From Parasitella parasitica NRRL 2501 (Eukaryota; Fungi; Mucoromycota), in the NCBI GenBank assembly GCA_025201805.1, contig MU619254.1:88014-150858 (forward strand): a DNA stretch of 62,845 nucleotides, written 5' to 3'. Of the stretch, positions 14,038-27,356 are shown in pieces. Every line of letters starts with the position of its first letter. Within the stretch, counting starts at the first letter, position 1. Made by a program: the position numbers and the translations under genes. The notes beneath the pieces are model-generated. The model made no database searches. It worked only from the letters and a program-made list of their open reading frames with translations, and was not told the DNA's origin.

Positions 14038-15456
14038 TAAAATGAATGTCAAGCTATTTTATTTTTGGCTGGAAAAATAAAATAAAAAAAAAATAAAAAG
14101 CATATAACCAAATAAAGCATCGTTTACTGATAGGGATCATTTCTTCCGCTGCTTAAAACATGTTAGCTTGTACATTATTGTGATATTTGAGGTGATACTG
14201 TAATGAATCGCTCACTCATAAATGATTTTGAGTTTCCTGAAAGTTGCATACCGTAGATAAAATTTTTTAGCGTACTTCCGCCTAATGTCAAATTTATCCA
14301 TATTTTCACATTGCTGGGCACCGCTTCTGATGGTCCGCAAGTCCATCTTTACGTGCAACAAATAAAATTCATTTAAAAAAAAAAAAAAAAGTCATATCCA
14401 GGCACGGTTCAAAGTACTAAAAGAATTATAGTGGCAGAGATTGCGTTTCACCCAAGCAAATGTATGCGAAGGCGCAAAAATAGAGATAAATCAAGATAAT
14501 ACCACCAATCATCGAGGAGTAGACATTGAAGGGAACCTGAGGAGAACACCTTTATTAGCATTGGTAGGAGGGTGTCCTTCCCTCAAAAAATTAAAAGCAC
14601 TGGTGAAGAAGCATCTAATTACTGGAATTCTTCAAAGAAATACCGCAAAGAGCAAGGAGCAACTGTTGGCGCCAACATTGAGTATTAACAGAAATCAAGA
14701 AAATGTTCCCCCCCCCAAAAAATATTGGAACCAAATATCATACGCTAATACAGTATATTATATGATATGCATGATAATAAGTAAGTTAAAAAAAAAAAGC
14801 ATACAATACACCATAAATTTTATTAACATTATTTGGATGTCTGTTAGATACTAAAAAGATAAAAGTTGCCGAGATATGAAAACTTGATGATGCTTTATAT
14901 AAGATCGAAATCGTGCATTTGCTATTTATACCTTTTACAACATAAATTATGGAGACTTATTTAGATTACTGATTGACAAGACTAATTCCCAGTAACAATC
15001 TAATTAACAGTGTACGATGTAAGATTATGCAACAAAGGCTGTACGTCTTTGGTCTGGCAGTGCCTTAACCTTTATCCTGGTGCTCAGATCTGCGTTACTA
15101 CAGGAATATTCTTCTTGATTTTGAAGCAGAGACTTTATTCTCCAGTTTACACAAGCGTATCGAATTACATCATTTGACAATCTTCAGTCTTCAATTGAAG
15201 TATATTGCCATGATCTCCTATCTATAATTATGGCAGATCAATGTCCTACTATTACTTTTTGCAAAACTTCATATGACATAAGCCACTATGTTTTATACAA
15301 TAGGTTTTTAAAGCTACAATGCTTGCATATTATGTATCAGTTTTTATTGCAGTTATATTCTGGGTATGTATGTTCATGCTTATATACACGTTTGGCATTG
15401 TTAAATCTTATCATCCTTTTCTGTCATAGATAATGTGATTTCTTTTTCAACTATTA

Positions 15457-15600
15457 GTGAGAGTTATTTCGATATGAATAACGATTATTTCCAAAGACAA
15501 TTAAATATAGAGATTACAAGCGATTATTTCACGGAGAACGTAGGGTCTTTGTTTAATTGTCTTTGGAAATAACCTTTCTTCATATCAAAATAAGTCTCAC
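15457..15600. mobile_element. Foldback/MITE-like element with about 55-bp imperfect terminal inverted repeats
   Basis: Left arm gtgagagttatttcgatatgaataacgattatttccaaagacaattaaa matches the reverse complement of the right arm (gtgagacttattttgatatgaagaaaggttatttccaaagacaattaaa). Confidence 0.6.
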
Positions 15601-15895
15601 CCATTAATTTATTCAATAATGTGGCCATGAAACTATCTTTTATAATAATAACATCTTCTTTCTTTTAAATAAAGAATGTCTTTAAATAACAATTTTACAC
15701 TGGTTTCATTTCATTTCATTTTAGCTATTGAGTGTACATTATGCTGTAATTTTGTGGCGCTAAACCCCTCAGTAGCCTTACATTTTCAATGAAACGGCAG
15801 ATGGCAGTAGTCACGACAGCCAGATACTGTAATTAAAGCCGTCATCTCATCCTGTTTGAGAGTTTCACTTCTCATTAGAGATAGTAGCTATAGAC

Positions 15896-17133
15896 ATGGC
15901 ATCAACTAGCAAGACAGATTTTGCGTCTGACCCTCGCATGAAACTTAATGAGCAAACAGGAAAATGGTCGTATGTTGGTGAAGAAGGTGTCTCGTATGAA
16001 TATGATGAAAATGTGGGCGCGTGGTTCCCCATGGTAAGTTTTTAACTATCAAAGAAATTCAATTAATTAATAAACTTTGATAGTATGATGAAAAACTCAT
16101 GCAAGCACAAGCTTCTGTGTATGCAATTGAAGGCGTAGAAGAAACTGTGAAGATAAAGCCTAAAGAAAAGAAAAAACGAGCAGCGACATACGATGTTACG
16201 GCTTCCGAAGTACCAGAAAAGAAGTTGAAGCGTGAGCCAACAAAGAAACCTGTTACTTCTGTATATGTCACCAGTATTCCTCCCGACGCTACAATTGAGG
16301 AATTGAAAGCTTTGTTCAGCAAATGCGGTGTTATTATGGAAGATTTAGAAACAGGAGAACCCAAGATCAAAATATATCGTGATGAGAATGGTGTGTCAAA
16401 GGGAGACGCACTTGTGTCATATTTCAAAGAAGAGTCGGTCCCTTTAGCGGTCGAGTTACTAGATGATTCTGAACTTAGGCCGGGAGATAGCTCTACTAAA
16501 TTGAATGTTCAGAAGGCAGTTTTCAAAGAAAAAGAACCAGTGGAAAAGAAGAAATCTACTGCTGCTAAAAAGAAGATTCAACAATTGAAAAGAAAGTTTG
16601 ACTGGGTTGAAGAAGGAGGAAAAAAGCAAGAAAAGTTTTCAAAAATCGTTATATTAAAAAACATGTATACGCAAGAGGAACTAGACACAGACCCAACATT
16701 ATTATTAGAACTGAAGGAAGATGTTCGAGAAGAATGCGAGAAATTAGGTGAAGTGACAAATGTAATTCTGTATGATGTAAGTTGGCCGATATATATGAAC
16801 TAATCATGTCTAGAACTGATATTGGTACTGTAGAAATCCCCAGGAGGTATTATCTCAGTGCGATACAAAGAAAAAGAGAGTGCAGATGCCTGTATTGCAG
16901 TGAGTAGTTAAATTATTCAAATTTTACTGTTATATTGATCAGCTATTTAGTTGATGGATAAGCGATTTTTCGGAGGTAGACAAATTAGTGCTGACGTATT
17001 TGACGGCAAAACTAAATATGAAAAGAGTGGAGGAAAGAAGACGGACGAAGATGAAGAGGCTGAAAAAGAGCGTCTCGAAAGATACGCTAAATGGCTTGAA
17101 GAAGGCGGTAATGATGGAGATAAAACTCCATGA
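15896..17133 (+). CDS. CUS2: Cus2/Tat-SF1 (HTATSF1) U2 snRNP-associated splicing factor, RRM plus UHM
   Basis: VYVTSIPPDAT...FSKCGVIMEDLETGEPKIKIYRDENGVSKGDALVSYFKEESV; VILKNMY...LKEDVREECEKLGEVTNV; RFFGGRQI. Confidence 0.9.
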
Positions 17134-17764
17134 AGCTTATTTGTGTACTTCAAAAATAAATAAACACAAAATGGGCAACTGATTAGTAGCTTCTGTTGAA
17201 TTGGTAGCAAAATCCGGTGAATCACATTTAAAATTTTGCCTATACCTCTCAAAATAAACTAGCTAGAGAATGCGTAACACCTATTCATAATCCTCTGGAT
17301 CAGAACTGTCATATTCACATTCCTTCGAATTAGGAGTTTCAGCTTTATGTATTTTTACATGTTTTTTATCTAGCATTGTTTAGGTAAGAGGCTTTGTAAG
17401 TTTTCTTTGGGGTTCTTTTTTATTAAAAAAAAATAACAAATTAAATGTGTGGGGAGGCATTCTCTACTTTCTTTTTGACAGAGCACTCCTGATCGTTCTT
17501 GACAGTATGCGGTCAATGTTATTTATTCTGACGTATCTGTGATTATTTTGGAGTACTACCAAAACGGATACCTGTGCTTTCAGTGCTTAAATACTTCACT
17601 ATGATATGATTTGCATAATTAAAAGCAAAACGCATTATCAGATCGTTTTTACGATCTGATAATTCATGCTGTCAATGAACAATGGTCACAATGCGTCGAG
17701 AGACTTCTTTTTCTCAAGTGAAATATTTTTTTTTTTTCTTTTTTAGTTCTGTCAAGTATAAATC

Positions 17765-18505
17765 ATGGGTACCGTTCGTCAAAAGAAAGCTGCAAAAAGA
17801 ACCAACAAAAACACTAGACGTACGGCTGATAGACATAGAAAAAGAGTTACCATTCATGTAAGTTGTATAGAGCTATCATCTTTCAAAAGTCAATGAACAT
17901 TGCTTCTTTTTTAGGGTAATGCTATTATCAAGGCAAACTGGGATAAAAAGCTGACGTTAAGACAAAAGTAACTACAAATCAAACTGTATAAATGCTGTTT
18001 TGACATTTTGAAATTCGATAGTTATGAGAAACTCGGTTTACTGACTTCGCTAAACGGTCAAACGGGTGGAAAAGAAAAGAAGATGCCAGATGCAAAGCCA
18101 ATAATAGACGACGCAGAACCTAAAGAGCTCAAAGAATTAACAGAAGCCGACATTGAAGAAATCAAAAAGACTTTAGGACCTGGAGAAGGTTTGATCCAGA
18201 GAGATGACGAGGGTAATGTTGTGCGTATCATTATTGGCGAAGAAAAATCACATAATGAGATTTTGGAGGCCGAATTTCCTCCTGTTGAGGCAAAGACTGA
18301 CGTTGTTCGAGCGCTCGAGGAGCAAGCTGCTAACGCATTTCATCGGGAGAAGCATCAATCAGAATTCGAGGTAGACTGGATCCAAAAATTGATCAATAAG
18401 CACGGCGACGATTACAAAGCTATGTTTTGGGATAAGGAACTCAATGTATACCAGCAAACAGCCGCTCAATTAAAAAAGAAATGTCACAATTACATTAAGA
18501 AATAG
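17765..18505 (+). CDS. NOP16: Nucleolar protein 16 (60S biogenesis)
   Basis: NWDKKLTLRQNYEKLGL and LINKHGDDYKAMFWDKELNVYQQT motifs. Confidence 0.9.
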
Positions 18506-18538
18506 AAAATAAAAACGTCAATGCATATTATTTATAAA

Positions 18539-19972
18539 TTATGGGTTAAATCCAACATCATCTACTACTCTCCTGTGCTCAATTGGATGCTCTGCATTAT
18601 AATCCAAGTGAACAAATGCTCTTTCCACATTTTCCAACAACTCTAAAGCATCTTGCAAAGCCTCTCCTACATCATGAGCTTCTTTGAGGGGGCAGTCTGG
18701 CGGTAAAATAATGTCAACCTCTACCAAGAGGCGTTCACCCATGGTATAGGCACGAACCTACCAAGGATAGGTTAGCAAACATCTTGGCTACTTGATATCG
18801 GATTGTGGAACTCACAGTGTCAACAGCAGTGATCTTTTTGGAAAATCTATAAGCCATATAAGTCAACTGCTTGATGTCGTCTGCACTTGCTGCTTGGCCT
18901 GTCAGTCTTCTGATATTTTCAATCAATACGCCCATCCATTCATAAATGATGTAAATAGACAGCAAAATAGCACCGACTGGATCTAACCAATTCCATCCCA
19001 TCCAGTTTCCCACTACAGGGAATAATGCGCTTGCTATTGTAAAGACGACATCATTCTCATGGTCATAGGCCAACGCCTCTACGCTGGAACTGCCCTTAAC
19101 AGATGCACACCAAGCCCATAGAACGGCTTTCACTACAATATTGACCCCCAAAATAACCAACGCAGATGTACTCAGATCAATTTGCTCAGGCGCAGATCCA
19201 GTAGTTAATTTTTCAATTGAGGTTATCAGCACCTGTGAAAATGAGGTAGTGATGACTACTGCAAACACAATAATACCTAATGGCTCCATGCGGGATTTGC
19301 CGACAGGATACGAGTAGTAGTTTTTCTGTCGGATGATGCGTACTGTAAAGAAAATGATTGCATTGCTGACGATATCCAAGAAGCTCTCAAACGCCGATGC
19401 CAAAAGTGCCATAGATCCAGAATACCATGACAAGATGAGTTTTGTAACGAATAATGTAATGTTGGCTAAAAACGACAAGTTGATAGCTAGGTGGATGATC
19501 CACATGGGCGACTTTGTAGACTCAATATCGGGTGTACTTGATCTGCTCGAGACAAGAGGCTGGTTTTCGCCTACCCCTAAATCCAGTGTCGCTGTGTTAC
19601 CATTCTCATCTCGGAAGCCTCTTTCTTCATCTCCCTGAAAGCTCCCATAGTAGTCTGACGAAAGAGCCTCGCCTTTTTGCAGTGAATTTACAACCTGATC
19701 TACTTGGACAAATCGAGTGATCATGGAATTCTGATGCTATAAAAACATTTTTAAGAGCCATGTAAAATGGATTTCTTTTGCGTTTTTTTTTTTACTTGGT
19801 AAAACTTTCGAACCCTCTTGTTTGAGCAGTTTTTGAGCTGCTCATCACTAATACGATGCGATTCAAAGTGGACTGGTGGCGGTAAGGCTTCGTTTGCTGC
19901 AGCAAACAACGAGCTTTTATGGGACAGCCTTCTAGCTGAGCTAGCTTTGTCAACATCGGGCGATTGCTTCAT
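18539..19972 (-). CDS. Cation diffusion facilitator (Mn-CDF/MTP-like) metal transporter
   Basis: SMALLASAFESFLD, YPVGKSRMEPLGII, AYDHENDV, WLDPVGAILLS, HDVGEALQ..LE..VERAFVHLDY. Confidence 0.92.
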
Positions 19973-20570
19973 GGAAATAACAATAAACGAAACAGGGTGG
20001 AAAAGTTTTTTTTTTTGTTCTTTTGAGTCTTATCTTATCGGGGATGGATTTTTCCCATTATGAGGAGATTATTGTGCATTTGTGTCGAGGTTTAGGTTTT
20101 GATCTCCAAATATAGATTATATTGAATATTAGCCATCTCCGAGAAAATGCAGACGAGGAGGATACAAGTGCATGCCAGAAAGCTGTATAGACTTAAAATA
20201 GTGCAATTACCATCCCCTAAAAATACCCACCACTGACTGATCCATATAATAATGAATATATAAACAGTAAAGCATTCGTTTATTCGTTTGGTTGGCAATT
20301 TGCAACAATTTTTCTCGAGTGCTCGTAAGGGCAAAATTTGAGCTTTGACTTTTAAAAATAACTCCTAAATTTGTACAAAAATTCCTTTTTCAAGTGGTTA
20401 AATAGGGACACTAAAAAAAAAAAAATCTGAATCACTAGCATCAGCAGCTCTTTGAATCAATATCGGATGTCTCCGCAAGATACCAAAAGAGCCGAACAAC
20501 TGCAGCCAGTTTTACAGTTTTTATTTTCCTATAAAATCCGATATTTTATTGATTGCAGCGGGCGAAATTT

Positions 20571-23144
20571 TCAAGTTGAGGAATTGGATGGCGAGCTACC
20601 CTCTCCCAGCATATGGCTCTTTGGAAAAGATGTGTATTGAACATCTTGCTCTATAGATTGTATAGCGTCAGTGACATTTTCAAACAAAAGATTGGATCCA
20701 ATTAGATCCAGTATGCCGGCACGGCTGATCAGAGGCATTGCATGCGGATGTCCATTGACAAGCAGTACTTGAACTCTTTGCTCATGATATGATTCAATGA
20801 TCTCATACAAAATCTGCACAGCACTGTTCATGAAATCACATACACACACGGGATTAATAACGGCCCCATTTCTAGCCCAAATACTTTATATATGTACCTT
20901 GCGTCAATAAACTCCATGCCACCTAAATCCAGTACAATGAATGCAAGATGATCTCTTCTAGGCTGCTCTGATGGATGGATGCTCATGTCTCCAAACTGTT
21001 CTAGTCTACGCAATCTGTCCTTAAGTTGGCCTATCAGCATATCAGCCATCGTGTCATCATTTCATACATCAATCAGCTGCTATGTATGTGTATATACCTG
21101 TGTTTGCAAAATACAAGGGCTCTTCGATTCTGACCATCAGAATGTCTTTGAGATGCTCTACTGTCTCTTTAGAGTCGTGAATTGGTTTGAATTCATACGA
21201 CGTTTCTTTCACCCGACCCAGAATAGTAATACGAGGGTAGCTCGACTGTTTTACAGTAATGATCAAGCTAAACATGACGGCCACAGCTGTGCCTACTTCT
21301 AGGGAAAAAAACATGGTGGTGATAAAAGTAGTCGCCATCAGCGCAACATCTTTCCAGGCGCGAACTTGCCACATAAACTTCAAATCATGTGGAAGTTCCC
21401 GTAACAATGCTAGAACAGCCATGAAAATGATGCTACTTAAGGTTGCAGTTGGGAGGTAAAAAAGTTGCGGCAAGAAGCATCCAGTGACAATTAGGCAAGT
21501 GACACCTGATAGGAGACCAGACATTTGTGTTTTTGGCTTGACTGATTCATGAACCTTACTTCTAGGGAACTACACAATAGAATAAAGAGTTTGCAGAAGT
21601 TAGAAATTCGCCCCTGAAATGCTCCTTTTTCCGATCCATCTACGCCCTGTGTGCATTAATTACTTACAGATCCAAAAGCTGGAAAAGAACCGAAAAGGCC
21701 TCCAATAACATTGCCAATGCCCAACGCTACCAGTTCACGATTAGCGCTGACAAAATAATTGTGCCTTCTCGCAAATGATTTTGCAGCTGCAATGGACTCC
21801 ACAAAGCCTATGATGGTGATGATAGCAGCGTTGACAATGATGGCTTTAATGTCAGCATGAACTGGTAATGTGGGCATACTTGGTACAGGTAAAGGCATAT
21901 TAAAATTGTTGCCGGATCCGCCTACTTGGCCTAGAACATCCAGTCCGGCTTTATCGAATCTATACAATCTGCAAACAACGATACTTGAAATAACAACCAA
22001 AAGCACTTCAGGCAATCTACTAATGGCAGAGTATTTCTTTTTCAAAAGAGGCATAGTGACTAAAATAAACAGGACAGCAGCCGAGAATGCCGAAGTGAGT
22101 GGTTCCGCATAGCTGATATAAGATGCCAAAAATAGGAGACGCTGTATGGTGGTCGAATCTGGCGTCAGTCCCGCTTGCATCGATAAGTCTCCCAAACCTA
22201 ATAATAATATGGATTGCTGCACGAGAACAACCACGCCCACGGCAGTAATAAACCCTCGCAAAAGAGCACGACTCATAAGGCTGTCTAGAAAGCCAAACCG
22301 TAATAGGCCTAATGCAAGCGTGAATAAACCGACAAAGAATGCAGTTAAACTAGCAATTGCAGCAGCAGCCTCCGGATCAAACGGATGTCCTGCAGATGAT
22401 TGCTGATGAGCTATGCCTGATCCAACAATCAGCGACACGGTAGCCTCTGGACCTACTGATAATTGACTTTACACATGTCGTTAATTGGCAGTATATACCA
22501 GAAATGGCATTTTACTTACGGAGACATGCCCAAGCATGCATACACAAAAGTGGTAATGGATACGGTATATAGACCATGGATGGCAGGAATCCTGCAAAGC
22601 GCAGTTGCATAAGACAATGCCTGAGGAATAAACAGGGCAGATAGCGACAATCCTGACAAGACATCTTGAGAGAAATCTTGTTTTGTATACAGTGGTATCC
22701 ATTGGAGAATTGGCAGATAGTATTTGGATCTTGTATTCAAGGTAGACCAAAATGAGGTATTCAATGCAGAATCGGAATGGATCTGATCAGATGGTACTAC
22801 GATATGATTAGCATCCTAGCATCAAAGATAAAGGTACATATTGATCTAATTTACATTTACTGCATCTGGACATCCTTTCTGCAATGCTCACTGACTCTTC
22901 AGAGTCAATTGACCTGTATCTGGCTTTAACATCTTTTGGCGATAGATAGGTTGATTCATTTGTGTCGGTTGACTGGTAACTCAATGTACTGCAGTCATCG
23001 TCTACAATAAACACAGATGAGCGCGATTCATCTTAAAGTTGAGAAATTATACGGAGTTAGAATAGGGTTTGCCGCATATGATTCCCAAATGCAGTGGGGT
23101 TTACCTTGAATAAAGAAAGGAGGGTTTCGATATTGATTTGGCAT
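20571..23144 (-). CDS. SulP/SLC26 anion (sulfate) transporter with STAS domain, multi-exon
   Basis: YYLPILQWIP, IPQALSYA, GFITAVG, ANRELVALG, RIEEPLYFAN and STAS LDLGGMEFIDA. Confidence 0.93.
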
Positions 23145-24652
23145 ATGATTATTATAATTTTTTGCTAGAAAGATAAAAGACAAAGAAAGTGAAGGAAGAA
23201 GAAAGAAAGAAAGAAAGAGGAATTAAGGGGGCCTAATTTTCTTTAAATATACAGCAAATGTTTTATACTGTACATACATCACACAATCAACATGTCATTA
23301 AGACCTTACTTTCTTTTCTTGACTTACAAAGCAGTTATGTTTGAAACTTTATAAAAAAAACCTTTGGATTGCTTATCTTTTAAATCGATAATGTAAACTG
23401 TATGTTTTTAATATGAAATAAAAATGTCCATACTCGTAATTAGCAGCATATCCTTTGACTGTTTTGTCCTTGCCAATTTGCGCAAAAAATTCAAGCTATC
23501 ACAAGCATAGTCCTCTCCGAATGGCGATATTGCCTTGCTTGCGCTCTGTCCCGTGACAGAAGATAGCTAAAATTATACAGCCATTCATTCTATAGCGTTA
23601 GCTTATTCAGTTGATAGATGGCAATGAGGATATGACGCAAGCCGTCAGCAATGATCAACAGGGACGACCTCAGTTTGCTAAGATTGGTGATCTACTGAAA
23701 ATTAAAAAGCAATGTGATGGGTTTGTGGGCACTGTTCAGACTAACCAATTGAATATAATGATGACTGGATCATACTGCAAAGATAACATGGATCAACTGT
23801 TTGATTTAGGGTGGATCTCTTTCATTACGTATTTTGGCGTTGACTGCATATGTGGCATCGATCTTTAATGGGTTTAATGCCATAGATGGAAATCCAGTCA
23901 AATATTGATTGCCGTCTGATTTGGTGGATGCACCTCGTCCAGCGCCCTTGAGCCTATTTCATTTGACTGTGTTGACTCCTATGATGTGCCTTGATGTGCT
24001 TTGAGAGCATGATCATCCGGCAATGTATCATGTCACTATGATGGCAATCAACTATTCGGGTTATGCGTAGTTTGAATGTTTTTGCTGGCTGGCCGCAAAT
24101 GAAATGGTGGGCTTCGTTTCCAATCACCTAATAAACGAACTCCTATGATGCTTTCGATGGTGCCAGCTACTTGTTGTTTGCTATCTGAAGACACGTTTTG
24201 ATTGTCACCCACCAAGTTAATTTTGATGCTACAAATGGCTGCTCAACTTTTTCAAGCAGCATATAAACACGCTAGATGTCTAATTCAGCATCATTAGGTT
24301 TTCTGTCTAAATTGGCTGCATGCAAAGAACTCAAGCAAGTGGGGCTGGCAAGTAGCTACAGCTGAGCACACATTCTCTGTCCAAGCTACGCGCATTGCTC
24401 CTTCATGGTGCAATGATAATTGATCAACAGATCTACAGTTTCCTTTTGTAGCATGTAATAAAGGAGCTGTTTTGGACAAATAAACCAATACATGTGCAGT
24501 GTGGCTTATTTCAAGCACCACAGACAAACAATACGCATGTACAGAAACACCACACACACAACCAATCCTTGCGTTCTTTTTTCTTTTCTTTTTTCTCTCT
24601 CTCTCTCTCTCTCTCTTTTTTTTCTCTCCCTTCCATTTCTTTATACTTTAAA

Positions 24653-26477
24653 ATGTACTTTCACAACATGGACATTTGCTCGCCCGATGACATTTCCCCA
24701 CCTGCCACACCGCCCAATTTCAACTTTACTGCACAGAGCAGCAGCAGCACTCCGCTGCCAACTCTATCAAGCAGCAATAGACCATCACAAAGACTAAAGA
24801 CATCGCAAAACTCACCGTCTTCCCTTTCCAACGAGTTCTCGTTCAACGAGGACCAACTAAGTCACCTTCGACATCTCACACAATCTTTCCAGCAACTGCC
24901 ACCACAGCAGAAGCAATTTCTGCTCCATGAAATCATAAACAGCTGTGACAACTCCCAGCTTACCTATCTCAGCGACTTGATTGCCCCACGGTTAAAGATC
25001 GACTTTCTTAAAGAATTACCTATTGAAATATCGCTGCATATTCTCACTTTTATTGATGACCCAAAGACACTGGCAAGAGCGGCAACAGTGTCTACGCTGT
25101 GGAACTCGCTATTGAAAGACGAGGCTACTTGGAAAGCGCTGTGCATGAAGCATCAGTATCGTAGACGTAATTCAAGCATATGCGGCGGAGAACTTCTGGA
25201 ACCACCGAGTCAACGCCGAAATTTCTCTTACAGAGAATATTTCAAACGGAAATACAATATCGCTGCTGCCTGGGCTCATGGCGGTAAAGTCAAGGTTGTA
25301 GATGACGGCTTTGGCGATGGCTTGGTCACCTCGTTGCAATATGACGAGAAATACATTGTTGTTGGTTGCGACAATCACAGGATTGAAGTGTTTGATACAA
25401 ACACCGCCGAGAAGGTGCGGACATTGGAGGGCCATGAAGGTGGTGTCTGGGCTCTCCAATTCAAAGGTGGTGAGAAACATGATCCTGAGCGTATTCTAGT
25501 AACTGGAGGCTGCGACAGGTAGGTTTCAATCTTGATAAACTAGTACATTGCATTGACTCGTTGGAAATCGGAACAACAGAGATGTTCGTGTATGGAACCT
25601 GAATACTGGCCAGTTACGTCACACGCTGCGTGGTCATAATTCCACTGTTCGCTGCCTCAAGATGAAAGACAAGAGAATCGCTGTGACGGGATCAAGAGAT
25701 ACAACCATGCGAGTATGGGATATACAACGAGGAGTGCTTTTACATGTATTGTTGGGGCATCAAGCTAGCGTTCGCTGTATGGAAATCAGTGGCAATATTG
25801 TAGTGTCTGGTTCTTACGATTCAACAGCAAGAGTATGGGATTTACGCACTGGAAGATGTCTTCACGTACTCACTGGCCATTATACTCAAATATATGCCAT
25901 TGCATTCGACGGACACAAAATCGTTACAGGCTCTTTGGATTCCAACATCCGAGTGTGGTCAGCTGAAACTGGACAGTGTCTTGCCACCTTGCACGGACAT
26001 ACATCTCTTGTTGGACAGCTTCAGTTATCAGGAACCACTTTAGTAAGCGGTGGCTCTGATGGGTGCTTGAGGTAAAACATATACGCATCCTGCTATGATT
26101 TTGCCAACGTTGTAACATTTGATTATCTATTTAGAGTTTGGGATCTTCAACACTACGAATGCATTCAACAAATCTCAGCTCATGATAATTCGGTGACGTG
26201 TCTACAGTTCGACGATCGTCGTATGGTGAGCGCTGGCAACGATGGAAGGATTAAGCTTTTCGATATAAAGCAAGGACGTTTGATCCGGAATTTTACTAAA
26301 CCTGCAAAGACTGTTTGGAAGATCCAGTTTTCAGAAACTAAGGCTGTGGTATTGATGCAACGTAAACGATCCTCAAGCTCGGAGGAGGGGAAAACTGTCA
26401 TGGAAGTCCATGATTTCGATATTGGCGACATTGAAGACTATACACCTTCTCCTTCAGATATGATTATTGATAATTGA
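24653..26477 (+). CDS. F-box/WD40 SCF substrate receptor (Cdc4/Fbw7-like)
   Basis: Dimerisation-like region, F-box (DFLKELPIEISLHIL), then multiple GH...WD repeats; two introns. Confidence 0.9.
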
Positions 26478-27356
26478 TACCAACTGTTTTAATATTATTT
26501 ATTTTTTTTGTACACACACTCGATCAATCACACATACACATAGTTTATACGCATGCACAAGGCTCAAAAATCTAAAAATAAATTACTCTTTTGCAAGTAT
26601 GTGTATTGATGTTACTGCAGGTGTCGCATTTTTCAACTGATATATACTGATACTTGTAAAATGCCACATAAATACACCAGACTCCGTTGTTTGTTGTCAC
26701 CGTTACATTTTCATGCAATTGTACAAAAACCAGGAGTGGCATTCACTTGCATGCTGTGCGTCGACAGCGGAAATTTGACCAACAATCAAAACCATGTATC
26801 TCATTAGTAGACAATACAAATGGTCTCCGTCTTTCCCTGGCGGTATGAATGGCAAAAGAAAGGGGTGGGGGTGGGGTGGCACTGTCTTGCTTTTCATAAT
26901 ATATATTTGATGTGTAGATACAATTCTTTTCGTAAAGCGGCAGAGCCAACGCCAGCCGAATCGTGTTGGTGGCTATAGTATTCAAATGTATAACATCCGT
27001 TCAGGGGTACAGCATTTTCTTCTACATACATTAAGTACATTATTAAAAGTAAACAAGCGGATTACACTCCAGCTAGCGTATTTTATACCGCATACATGTA
27101 AAGAAGATGGGAAGAATCCCAAGTTTAAACTGAAGATGTGTCACTTTGGATCTTTGTTTGATTTAGGTAATCAACACCAGATGATTAGTGTTTTGTGTCT
27201 ATGGTTTTCATAGACGTTTTAAAAGTAAGATGTGATATTGTATATTATAAAAGTAGGTTGTAAAAATTGAAAAAATGAAAAGAAAAAAAAAAGTTACACA
27301 TTAAATAAGGTGGTAAAAGGTTAAATTATAATATTACTGAGTGTGATGCTTTGGGA

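Noticed and set aside
14120-14335. U3 snoRNA (AGGGATCATTTCT resembles box A)
   Set aside because: No convincing boxes B, C and D or terminal stem downstream; lies in the AT-rich 3' flank of the proteasome gene.
14441-14854. 137-aa ORF
   Set aside because: TTG start, no recognisable motif, runs into homopolymers; at most a decayed fragment.
20035-20058. uORF MGKIHPR* upstream of the CDF transporter
   Set aside because: TSS unknown and such short ORFs are expected by chance.
23447-23500. ATATCCTTT U12-type 5' splice site
   Set aside because: Not within any recognisable plus-strand gene and no good branch site.
23500-24450. Moderately GC-rich spacer with short ORFs
   Set aside because: No consistent reading frame or splice pattern on either strand.
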